From assembly GCA_033549025.1 (NCBI GenBank), contig JAWSUS010000033.1:1-28146 (forward strand): a DNA stretch of 28,146 nt, given 5' to 3'. The stretch is from Desulfuromonadales bacterium. Its GTDB lineage: Bacteria > Desulfobacterota > Desulfuromonadia > Desulfuromonadales > SZUA-540. Shown one piece after another: positions 8,916-17,083 of this stretch. The notes under the pieces were generated by a model that was given only the letters and a program-made list of their open reading frames with translations, ran no database searches and had not been told where the DNA came from. A program made the translations under genes and the position numbers. Numbering within the stretch: position 1 is the first letter of the stretch; every line of letters starts with the position of its first letter.

Positions 8916-9103
8916 CAGTAGACAGATATTTGCGGATGGCGGCGGGGTTTTTTATCTTGCTGAGCCTGGTGCTGTCGCAGGTGCATTCCCCCCACTGGCT
9001 GTGGTTTACGGCCTTTGTCGGGCTGAACCTGCTGCAGAGCGCGTTCACCAACTGGTGCCCGTTGATGTCCATCCTGCGCCAGCTGGGTGTTCCTGACAAG
9101 TAA
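8912..9103 (+). CDS. DUF2892 / YgaP-like small two-TM membrane protein
   Basis: 63 aa with DRYLR..AG, WLWFTAFVGLNLLQSAFTNWCP (the family-typical WCP). ATGA overlap with the RND gene. Confidence 0.88.
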   Translation: MTVDRYLRMAAGFFILLSLVLSQVHSPHWLWFTAFVGLNLLQSAFTNWCPLMSILRQLGVPDK

Positions 9104-9117
9104 AGCCGCCGGCAAAC

Positions 9118-9160
9118 AAAAAAACCGGAGATGTCCGCAAGGGACTCTCCGGTTTTTTTT
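9118..9160. terminator. Bidirectional rho-independent terminator
   Basis: A-run, ccggag..gtcc / ggac..ctccgg stem and T-run, located between the convergent DUF2892 and MCP genes. Confidence 0.88.
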
Positions 9161-9178
9161 ATATGGCCGGTTTGCCTT

Positions 9179-10873
9179 CTAGCCTTCGGTATCCCTCCGG
9201 TAGGCATCGGCCAGCTGGCGCAGGTTGCGAACCAGGGCCTCCAGGCTGTGGATCTCCTTGGAGAGCTCGGCGCCTTTGTCGGCGTTCCCCCGTAGCCGTT
9301 GTTCGGAGCGGGCGAAATGAGCGAAAACCCGCGTGGAGGTTTCCCGCAGAAAACGCGCGGCCTCGTTGATGGCCAGAAACTGCTGTTCGCGTTCGGCCAG
9401 GCTGCGGTCAAACTCGCGGTTGGCCTTGACCTGTTCTTCCATGCCCCGGCGGATCTGCAGGGCGGCGGCATTCATCTGGTTGACCCCCTCCATGATGCGG
9501 CTGATGGCGATCTGCTGCTCATTCTGGGCGCGGGCGATGGCTCGGACGGAACGCAGGCTGGAGCCCGCTTCATGAATAAGGGCCTTAGCCCGTTCCCCCT
9601 GGCGAGCCGTTAGGTTGGCGATTTCGTCGGAACTGTCGGCCGCCTGGCTGGAGCTTTTAAGAATCTTGTTCAGGGCCTCCCCGGTGGACAGGGACAGCTC
9701 CTTCCCGCGCGAAATCCGCTTGCTGGTCGTTTCCACCGCCTCCGTCATCTCTTTGGTGTCGCCCTGAATGGCCTTGACGATGTGATGGATATCCGTGGCG
9801 CTGGAGGTCGTCCGATCGGCCAGGTCGCGGATCTCTTCGGCCACGACGGAAAAGCCCTTGCCTTCTTCGCCGGCCTTGGCGGCAATGATGGCGGCATTGA
9901 AGGCGAGCAGTTCCGTATCCGAAACCAGTTCCTTGATGACTTCGATAATTTTGACGACGTCGGCGGTCTGCCGGGAAAGACGGACCATGGCTTCCCGGGT
10001 TTTCTGGCTTTCGCGGTCGATGCGCTCCATCTCCTCAATGGCGTTGCGCACGACCCGCAGGCCGTCCTCCGCATCGTTCCGGACCGTATTGGCGGCCTGG
10101 GCGCTGGCCAGGGATCCGGTGTGGATTTTGGCCAGAGAGTCACCGATGGAGTCGAGGTCGTGGGAGGTTTCTTCCACGGCCCGGGCGATTTCTTCGGCCT
10201 GCCCGGCGACTTCCTTGACGCTGGCCGCCATTTCCTCCACGCTGGTCGTCGTCTCCATGAACTGGGCGGTGGAGTGGTCGATGGCGGTGGACATCTGCTC
10301 GAGAGAGGCGAAAAGCTGGCGGGACAGGGCGGATTCGTCCTGGGTGCGATGGGAAAGGATTTCCATCTGCTCGGTGATCTGCTGCTGCTTGTCGTCCATG
10401 GACTGCACGTCCCGGTGCGTATCGATGGCGGCGGCCAGTCCCTCCCGGGCTCTTTCGGAGAGATAGTGACTCGACTCGGCCATGGAGCGGTACAGCGAGT
10501 TAATCTCGTCGACGGAGGAGAGCAGATTGTCGACCAGTTTTTCGGCTTTGCTGACGGCCTTTTCGACGGCTCCATTCAGGGCTTCCACCGTGTCGCCCTC
10601 GACATGAAGATTGCCGCCGGCCAGGGGATGAAGCCGACTGAGCAGCTGGCGGAAAATCTTCTGCAGGGTGAGGCGGATGAACAGGTAGATCAGGGCGCCA
10701 AGGGTCACCCCCATGCACAGGCAGGCGGCGATAAAAGGCAGGCTGACGGCCTGCCGCCCGATGATCAAAGCGGCAAAGAGCGGGAAAACGGCCCCGGCCA
10801 CCAGGCCGGCGGACAGGGTGATGAGAAACACTTTTTTCAGGGTGGAAAACTGCGGGGTTCCCAAGGGGCCCAT
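9179..10873 (-). CDS. Methyl-accepting chemotaxis protein lacking a periplasmic sensor domain
   Basis: Hairpin-tip signature [33 protein letters not shown]. Two closely spaced N-terminal hydrophobic helices are followed by long heptad-rich regions. Confidence 0.9.
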   Translation of the reverse strand: MGPLGTPQFSTLKKVFLITLSAGLVAGAVFPLFAALIIGRQAVSLPFIAACLCMGVTLGALIYLFIRLTLQKIFRQLLSRLHPLAGGNLHVEGDTVEALNGAVEKAVSKAEKLVDNLLSSVDEINSLYRSMAESSHYLSERAREGLAAAIDTHRDVQSMDDKQQQITEQMEILSHRTQDESALSRQLFASLEQMSTAIDHSTAQFMETTTSVEEMAASVKEVAGQAEEIARAVEETSHDLDSIGDSLAKIHTGSLASAQAANTVRNDAEDGLRVVRNAIEEMERIDRESQKTREAMVRLSRQTADVVKIIEVIKELVSDTELLAFNAAIIAAKAGEEGKGFSVVAEEIRDLADRTTSSATDIHHIVKAIQGDTKEMTEAVETTSKRISRGKELSLSTGEALNKILKSSSQAADSSDEIANLTARQGERAKALIHEAGSSLRSVRAIARAQNEQQIAISRIMEGVNQMNAAALQIRRGMEEQVKANREFDRSLAEREQQFLAINEAARFLRETSTRVFAHFARSEQRLRGNADKGAELSKEIHSLEALVRNLRQLADAYRRDTEG

Positions 10874-11011
10874 GGAGGATCCTTTCGCAGGAAAAATGAC
10901 GTTAATGGCGCAATTTCAGTCTGTTAGACCTAGCATAGAAAGGCGCATGTGGCAAGTGGGAAAACAAAGGAATCTTTCGCCTGGCCCCCCGTTATGGTAG
11001 CATCTGGCGTC

Positions 11012-11836
11012 ATGAGCAAACCGGTGTATTTCGACACCCATATCCATCTCGATGCCCTCGGCGACGAACCGATGATTCAGCGTGAGGTGCGTCTGGCCCG
11101 TGCGGCCGGCGTGGGCGCCTTTCTGGTGCCCGGCGTGCATCCCCGGGACTGGCCGCGATTGCTGCAAACCGTCGGCCATGTTCCCGAGGCCCTGGCGGCG
11201 CCGGGTGTTCATCCGCTGGCGGCCGCCGACTGGAATACCGGGGTGGCCGACAAGTTGACCGCCCTGTTGGCGACTCCCGCCGTCGTAGCCGTCGGCGAGG
11301 TCGGGCTGGACGGCGTGATTCAGGGGGTGTCGCCGGCACAGCAGGAAAAAGCGTTCCGGCACCAGATTCGCCTGGCTGTCGAGGCGGGCTTGCCCCTGCT
11401 CATCCACTGCCGCAAAGCCACCGCGCGTCTGCTGGACATTCTGCACCAGGAAGAGGCCCAAAAGGTCGGCGGGATCTTTCACGGCTTTTCCGGTAGCCGG
11501 GAAACGGCTCTGCAGGCGGTAAAGCTCCATTTCGCCATCGGTTTCGGCGGTCCCCTGACCTACCCGGAAGCCCGGCGGGGGCCCGAAGTGCTGTCGGCGC
11601 TGCCGGAAGAGTGGATTGTGCTGGAGACGGATGCGCCGGATCTCTCCCCCCATCCTCACCGACAGGAGGAAAACCGCCCCTCCTACCTTCCCCTCATTGC
11701 GGAGCGGGTGGCCCAACTCAGGGGGTGGACCCTGGCGCAGACCGCGGCTATCACCACGGCCAATGCCAAGCGCATTCTGAATCTGGTGCAGGAGGAAGAG
11801 GGGAAGCCGTATTTTCGCAGGAAAGGATGGACCTAA
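11012..11836 (+). CDS. tatD: TatD-family metal-dependent hydrolase (DNase)
   Basis: Motifs DTHIHL, GVHP, VGEVGLD, IHCR, IFHGF and LETDAP. Start placed at ATG 11012, just before the DxHxH motif. Confidence 0.9.
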   Translation: MSKPVYFDTHIHLDALGDEPMIQREVRLARAAGVGAFLVPGVHPRDWPRLLQTVGHVPEALAAPGVHPLAAADWNTGVADKLTALLATPAVVAVGEVGLDGVIQGVSPAQQEKAFRHQIRLAVEAGLPLLIHCRKATARLLDILHQEEAQKVGGIFHGFSGSRETALQAVKLHFAIGFGGPLTYPEARRGPEVLSALPEEWIVLETDAPDLSPHPHRQEENRPSYLPLIAERVAQLRGWTLAQTAAITTANAKRILNLVQEEEGKPYFRRKGWT

Positions 11837-11840
11837 AACA

Positions 11841-12593
11841 ATGGAAGAGCACCGTTTCAGTCGGCTGGAACTTCTCGTAGGATCAACAGGTTTGCAGAGG
11901 CTGGCCCAGGCCTCGGTGGCCGTGTTCGGTGTCGGCGGCGTGGGCAGTTACGCCGTGGAGGCGCTGGCCCGCAGCGGTGTCGGCCGCCTGACCCTGGTCG
12001 ATTTCGACGTCATCAATCCCAGCAATATCAATCGGCAGATTCATGCCCTGGAGGGCACGCTGGGTCAGGCCAAGGTGACCGTGATGGCCAGGCGCTGCGA
12101 GGCCATCAATCCGGCCATGCAGGTGGAACCGCTGAAGGTATTTTACGACAGCACTACGGCAGAAGAACTTCTCAGCCGGGGCTACGACTACGTGCTCGAC
12201 TGTATCGACACGATCACGTCCAAGCTGCACCTGCTGCAAAGCTGCCGCCAGCGGGAACTGCCGGTCATCTCGGCCATGGGGGCGGGCAACAAGCTCGATC
12301 CGTCCAAAATCAGCGTCGGCGACCTCTTTCATACGCAGAAATGCCGGCTGGCTCGGGTCATTCGCAAAGAGCTTCGGCGTCGCGGCATCACCTCCGGCAT
12401 CAAAGTCGTCTATTCGACCGAAGAATATGAGCCGCCGCCGGGCCAGCTGCCGGCCATCGGCGGCCGGGGCGATGGCCGCGGCACGCCGGATTTCACCAAG
12501 CTTCTGCTGGGGAGCTCTTCCTATCTGCCGCCTATTTTCGGCATGACCATGGCCGGCGAAGTCATCCGCGCCCTGCTGTCGGCAGAGCCCTGA
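11841..12593 (+). CDS. tcdA: tRNA threonylcarbamoyladenosine dehydratase (ThiF/E1-like)
   Basis: Motifs RFSR..LL.G, GVGGVGS, LARSGVG, DFD.I..SNINRQ, DCID, SAMGAGNKLDP, LARVIRKELR and VVYSTE. Confidence 0.88.
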   Translation: MEEHRFSRLELLVGSTGLQRLAQASVAVFGVGGVGSYAVEALARSGVGRLTLVDFDVINPSNINRQIHALEGTLGQAKVTVMARRCEAINPAMQVEPLKVFYDSTTAEELLSRGYDYVLDCIDTITSKLHLLQSCRQRELPVISAMGAGNKLDPSKISVGDLFHTQKCRLARVIRKELRRRGITSGIKVVYSTEEYEPPPGQLPAIGGRGDGRGTPDFTKLLLGSSSYLPPIFGMTMAGEVIRALLSAEP

Positions 12594-12610
12594 ACCCGTC
12601 GGACCGCCTC

Positions 12611-12829
12611 CTATTTCAGTTCAAAGGCGACTTTCAGGACGACCTGATATTCGCTGACCTGCCCGTCGGGCCCGACATGACCGCGAATATCCTGCACTTC
12701 GAACCAGGAGAGACCTTCCAGCGTCTTGTGGGCGCGGCCGACTGCCGCCTGAATGGCCGCCTCGATACCCTGGCCGGAAACCCCGATCACTTCCACCTTT
12801 TTGTAGGTCCGTTCTGCGCCGTAAGTCAT
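12611..12829 (-). CDS. Dodecin (flavin-binding protein)
   Basis: 72 aa with YKKVEVIGVS, WFEV..IRG and YQVVLKVAF. RBS AGGAGG lies upstream of ATG 12829; the longer ORF to 13153 is not needed. Confidence 0.92.
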   Translation of the reverse strand: MTYGAERTYKKVEVIGVSGQGIEAAIQAAVGRAHKTLEGLSWFEVQDIRGHVGPDGQVSEYQVVLKVAFELK

Positions 12830-12878
12830 GATGCCCTCCTTCTGGTCGGATTTTAGGGCAATAGTATCAGCTGCCGGA

Positions 12879-14519
12879 CTAATGTAAAGGGTGCGCCGGG
12901 GCCTGGGCAGCCGCCTCGCCAGCGGGGTCGTAAAAGAGAATCTGGTCGTTCGCTTTCTCCTTGGCCTGATACATGGCCTGGTCGGCCACGCGCAGCAAGG
13001 AGCCGGCGTTGGCGCCGTGATCAGGGAAGATGGCGGCGCCGATGCTCGGCCTGGCCGAAAGGTTGAGGCCGTCGAGGGAAATAGGGCGGGAGAGGCTGTC
13101 GACAATCTTGGCGCCGATCTCCCGGACGACTTCGATGTCCTGGATGCCGGCAATCACCACGACAAACTCATCGCCGCCGAGGCGCCCGACCGTATCCGTG
13201 GCGCGAACGCAGCTTTTCAGCCGTCTGGACACTTCCTTGAGCACCATGTCCCCCTTTTCGTGGCCGAGGGTGTCGTTGATGGCCTTGAAACCGTTCAGAT
13301 CGAGAAAGAGGACGCCCACCTTGAGTTCGTCCCGTCGGGCCCGGCCCAACGCCTGGCTTAGACGGTCCAGCAGCAGCAGCCGGTTGGGCAGGCCGGTGAG
13401 GGAATCGAAATAGGCCAGCTGCTTGACCCTCAGCTCGGCGTTTTTGCGCTGGGTGATGTCTTTTTTCACATGCACCACATGAACGATCTTCCCTTCCTTG
13501 TCCCTGACGGGCGAGGCGGAGATTTCGGCATAGCGAAGATGCCCCTGCCGATCCTGGTAGGCATGTTCGATCTGGCAGTGTTCGCCGGTCTCCAGCACCA
13601 GGCGCAGAGGACAAGGTTTGTCGGCCGCGTCGCAGGGGGCTGAACCCTGGCAGGTGAATTCAGCACATTTTCTGCCGATAATTTCATGCTCTTCTTTGCC
13701 CAGGCTATGGAGAAGCACGTTGTTGGCGCCCAGCAGGATCCGGTCTTCCACATCGATGATGGCAATGGCATCGTTCATGCTGTTGAGGATGGTGCGGGTA
13801 AAGGCGAGAGAGCGTGAGAGCGACTCCTCGCTTTCGAGAAGGGCCGTTTCGATCTGATGGCGGCTGGTGACGTCCCGGAAGATGCCGCGGGACGAAACCG
13901 CCCGCCCGTTTTCGAAGCGAAAGTTGCAGTTGCCTTCGACCCTGACGGCGCGCCCGTCCTTGCTGATGAACTGAAATTCGCCGCACTCCTCGCTTTGTCC
14001 CTCCTGCAGGCGCTTAAAAATGCCGAGGCAGTGGCTGCGGCTGTCCGGGTGAATAAAGTCGAGCATGTTCAGCTGGCGGAGTTCTTCCTCCTCGTAGCCC
14101 AGGGCCTGCCGCCAGGCGCGGTTGGCATAGAGGATGCGGCCGTCGGCGCTCACGCACTGGATGAGGTCGTTGGCGTTCTCGAAGAGATCGCGGTAGCGTT
14201 CTTCGCTTTCACGCAGGGAGTCCAGGGTGCGGCCTGCCTGCTGGACTCGCCTGCCGGTCCACGCCCCGATCAGGCCGCCGGCCAGGCCGGAAATCCACAG
14301 ATGGCTGAACAGGATAGGTTCAGGATGCAGGAAATATTCATGGGCCAGGGTCAGCAGGCAGAGCAGCAGCGCGCCCCCCAGCGTAAAGAATACGTATGTA
14401 TATTGTTTACTATTTATTTGCATAAAGCGATCAAGGGATGACATCGATCTATCCTTTGGGACGGGCTGAAAGAAGGTGTATACCCTAGTGTTTTTGTGGT
14501 CAATGGCGGATACTGCCAC
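12879..14519 (-). CDS. Membrane-anchored PAS-PAS-GGDEF diguanylate cyclase (start uncertain; ATG 14444 or 14423 also possible)
   Basis: Two N-terminal TM helices and two PAS/PAC domains (IHPDS..RDVT; KDIT). Also DSLTGLPNR, DLNGFKAINDTLGH..GD, an intact GGDEF motif and an RxxD I-site (RATD). Confidence 0.92.
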   Translation of the reverse strand: MAVSAIDHKNTRVYTFFQPVPKDRSMSSLDRFMQINSKQYTYVFFTLGGALLLCLLTLAHEYFLHPEPILFSHLWISGLAGGLIGAWTGRRVQQAGRTLDSLRESEERYRDLFENANDLIQCVSADGRILYANRAWRQALGYEEEELRQLNMLDFIHPDSRSHCLGIFKRLQEGQSEECGEFQFISKDGRAVRVEGNCNFRFENGRAVSSRGIFRDVTSRHQIETALLESEESLSRSLAFTRTILNSMNDAIAIIDVEDRILLGANNVLLHSLGKEEHEIIGRKCAEFTCQGSAPCDAADKPCPLRLVLETGEHCQIEHAYQDRQGHLRYAEISASPVRDKEGKIVHVVHVKKDITQRKNAELRVKQLAYFDSLTGLPNRLLLLDRLSQALGRARRDELKVGVLFLDLNGFKAINDTLGHEKGDMVLKEVSRRLKSCVRATDTVGRLGGDEFVVVIAGIQDIEVVREIGAKIVDSLSRPISLDGLNLSARPSIGAAIFPDHGANAGSLLRVADQAMYQAKEKANDQILFYDPAGEAAAQAPAHPLH

Positions 14520-14639
14520 AAGTCCTCAGTAAATAAAAGAAAAATCGTAGGTCTGTTCTTCGCCTTGCTGGGGCCGGTGGGGCTGTTAGAATGCAGGAGA
14601 GGTAAAGGACGGTAAATCTCAACACAGCAGACGGGAATC

Positions 14640-17078
14640 ATGGAAAAATATCTGTGCATACACGGCCATTTTTATCAGCCGCCCCGGGAAAACCCCTGGC
14701 TCGATCACATTGAGCAACAGGACAGTGCCCAGCCCTACCACGACTGGAACGAGCGCATCACCGAACAGTGCTACGAGCCGAATTCGGCGGCCCGCATTCT
14801 CGACAGGGAAGGCTACATCCAGGACATCGTCAACAACTATACCCGCATCAGCTTCAATTTCGGGCCGACCCTGCTGCGCTGGTTTCAGCGGTGTCGGCCG
14901 GAAACCTATGCGGCCATTCTGGAGGCGGACCGGCTGAGCCAACAGCGTTTTTCAGGCCACGGGGCGGCCCTGGCGCAGGCTTACAGTCACCTGATCATGC
15001 CGCTGGCCAATCGTCGTGACAAACAGACCCAGGTCCTGTGGGGGATCGGTGATTTCCGTCATCGTTTCGGGCGGGACCCGGAGGGGATGTGGCTGCCCGA
15101 AACGGCTGTTGACCTGGAAACCCTGCAGCTGCTGGCCACGCACGGCATCCGCTTTACTTTGCTCGCCCCCCGTCAGGCGGCCAGGGTGAAGGGGCTCACG
15201 GAAAAGCGCTGGCAGGATGTACGCGGCGGCGGGATCGATCCGCGCTGCCCCTATCTCTGCCGCCTGCCGGACGGGCAAAGCATCACGATCTTCTTCTATG
15301 ACGGCGCGATCGCCCAGGAAGTCGCTTTTTCCGATCTGCTCAAGCGCGGGGAGTCCCTGGCCGATCGCCTGACGGGCACCCTGGCGCCGTCGGCTGAGCC
15401 CCAGCTGGCCCATATCGCCACCGATGGCGAAACCTATGGGCACCATCATCTTTTTGGCGAGATGGCCCTGGCCTATGCCTTGCGTCACGTCGATAGCTCC
15501 GGGTCCGCCCGGGTGACGATCTATGGGGAATACCTGGAAAAACATCCGCCGACGCACGAGGTGGAAATCGAGGAAAACTCGTCCTGGAGCTGCAGCCACG
15601 GCGTCGAGCGCTGGCGGGCGGATTGCGGCTGCCACACGGGGGGAAAGCCGGGCTGGAACCAGCAGTGGCGGCGGCCGCTGCGCGAGGCGCTGGACTGGCT
15701 GCGGGATGAGCTGGCTGTTGTTTTTGAGCAGGAAGGGAAAGCGCTTCTGCGTGATCCCTGGCAGAGCCGGGACGACTACATCGACTTGCTGCTCGATCCG
15801 GCGGAAGACCGGATCGATTTATGGTTGGACGCCCAGGCCGCGCACCGGCTGAGTGCGGCGGAGCGCTCCAAGGTCCTGGCGCTGCTGGAAATGCAGCGTC
15901 ACGCTATGCTGATGTTCACCAGCTGCGGCTGGTTCTTCAACGATATCTCGGGCATAGAGACGGTGCAGGTTCTGGCCTACGCCAGTCGCGCCCTGCAGCT
16001 GGCCGAGGATATCGGTGCCCGGCCTTTGGAGGAGGCCTTTGTCCAGCGGCTCGGCGCGGCGCGGAGCAATGTAGCGGCCTGGCAGGACGGCGGCACCATC
16101 TACCGTCGGGCGGTCAAACCCATGCGGGTGGACCTGGCCCGGGTGGCGGGCCGCCACGCCATGCTTTCCCTCTTCAAGGCCGGTACCGACGGGCAAGGGT
16201 ACGGATATTCGACGCATAGACGGCAATATGACGAGTATCGGGCCGGCAAGATGAAGCTGGCTTGCGGCCGCGTCGTCATCCGCTCGCGGGCGACCCGCAA
16301 GGAGGGCGATTTTATCTTCTATGCCCTTTACCTGGGCGGGCACAATCTGGTGGCCGGAGTAAGAAGCGCAGCCGAAGCGGGAGAAACAGCTGTCACGGCA
16401 GACGAGGTAATCGAGGCGTTTCGGCAAGGGGACATCCCTCGGGTTCTCCGTCTGCTGGACCACCACTTTGCGCAAGGGACCTTTGGTCTGGAGCATCTCT
16501 TTCGGGACGATCAGCGCCTGGTCATGGACAAGATTCTGCGCGAGACGCTGCGGGAAATCGAGACGTCCTTTCAGGAGGTCCATGACGAACACTACGTCCT
16601 CATGCGCTTTCTGCATGGCATCGACATGCCGGCGCCGTCCCAGCTGGCCCTGCCTGTCGGTTTTGTGCTGAACAGGCAATTACGGACGATGCTCGATGAA
16701 GAACCCTTTGAGGCGACCCCATTCCGGCAGACCCTGGCAGAAATCGAGCTGCTGGGGTTGGCTCTGGAACAGCCCCTGCTCGATTACCGGGCCGAGCGTC
16801 GACTGACCGCCGAGCTCGAACGGTTGCCGGGCGAAGGGGAAGACCCGGACCATCTGGAGACGGCCGTCGAACTGGCGGCCTGCATGACCCGGCCCCCGCT
16901 CCAGGTCGACCTGTGGAAGGCGCAGAACATCTGTTTCGGCCTGCACAAGACCCTGGCGGCGGAGATGGAAAGGCGGGCGGCGGCTGGCGACGAGAAAGCG
17001 CGGCGCTGGCTGGCCACTTTTGAAGAGCTGGCCGGACTCCTCAAGGTGAAGCTTCAGCGAGGAGGGACGGCGGCTTAA
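14640..17078 (+). CDS. Glycoside hydrolase family 57 protein with DUF3536 domain
   Basis: Motifs HGHFYQPPRENPW, GMWLPE (nucleophile Glu), ATDGETYG (acid/base Asp), SWSC.HGVERW and MFTSCGWFF. Confidence 0.9.
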   Translation: MEKYLCIHGHFYQPPRENPWLDHIEQQDSAQPYHDWNERITEQCYEPNSAARILDREGYIQDIVNNYTRISFNFGPTLLRWFQRCRPETYAAILEADRLSQQRFSGHGAALAQAYSHLIMPLANRRDKQTQVLWGIGDFRHRFGRDPEGMWLPETAVDLETLQLLATHGIRFTLLAPRQAARVKGLTEKRWQDVRGGGIDPRCPYLCRLPDGQSITIFFYDGAIAQEVAFSDLLKRGESLADRLTGTLAPSAEPQLAHIATDGETYGHHHLFGEMALAYALRHVDSSGSARVTIYGEYLEKHPPTHEVEIEENSSWSCSHGVERWRADCGCHTGGKPGWNQQWRRPLREALDWLRDELAVVFEQEGKALLRDPWQSRDDYIDLLLDPAEDRIDLWLDAQAAHRLSAAERSKVLALLEMQRHAMLMFTSCGWFFNDISGIETVQVLAYASRALQLAEDIGARPLEEAFVQRLGAARSNVAAWQDGGTIYRRAVKPMRVDLARVAGRHAMLSLFKAGTDGQGYGYSTHRRQYDEYRAGKMKLACGRVVIRSRATRKEGDFIFYALYLGGHNLVAGVRSAAEAGETAVTADEVIEAFRQGDIPRVLRLLDHHFAQGTFGLEHLFRDDQRLVMDKILRETLREIETSFQEVHDEHYVLMRFLHGIDMPAPSQLALPVGFVLNRQLRTMLDEEPFEATPFRQTLAEIELLGLALEQPLLDYRAERRLTAELERLPGEGEDPDHLETAVELAACMTRPPLQVDLWKAQNICFGLHKTLAAEMERRAAAGDEKARRWLATFEELAGLLKVKLQRGGTAA

Positions 17079-17083
17079 GCCGC

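Noticed and set aside
12830..13153. N-terminal extension making dodecin a 180-aa protein
   Set aside because: It overlaps the cyclase in another frame; a strong RBS precedes ATG 12829 and gives a normal-size dodecin.
14413..14426. TTTAT-N4-ATAAA, resembling an FNR/CRP box
   Set aside because: It mismatches TTGAT-N4-ATCAA in both halves, lies in AT-rich sequence and may be within the cyclase coding region.
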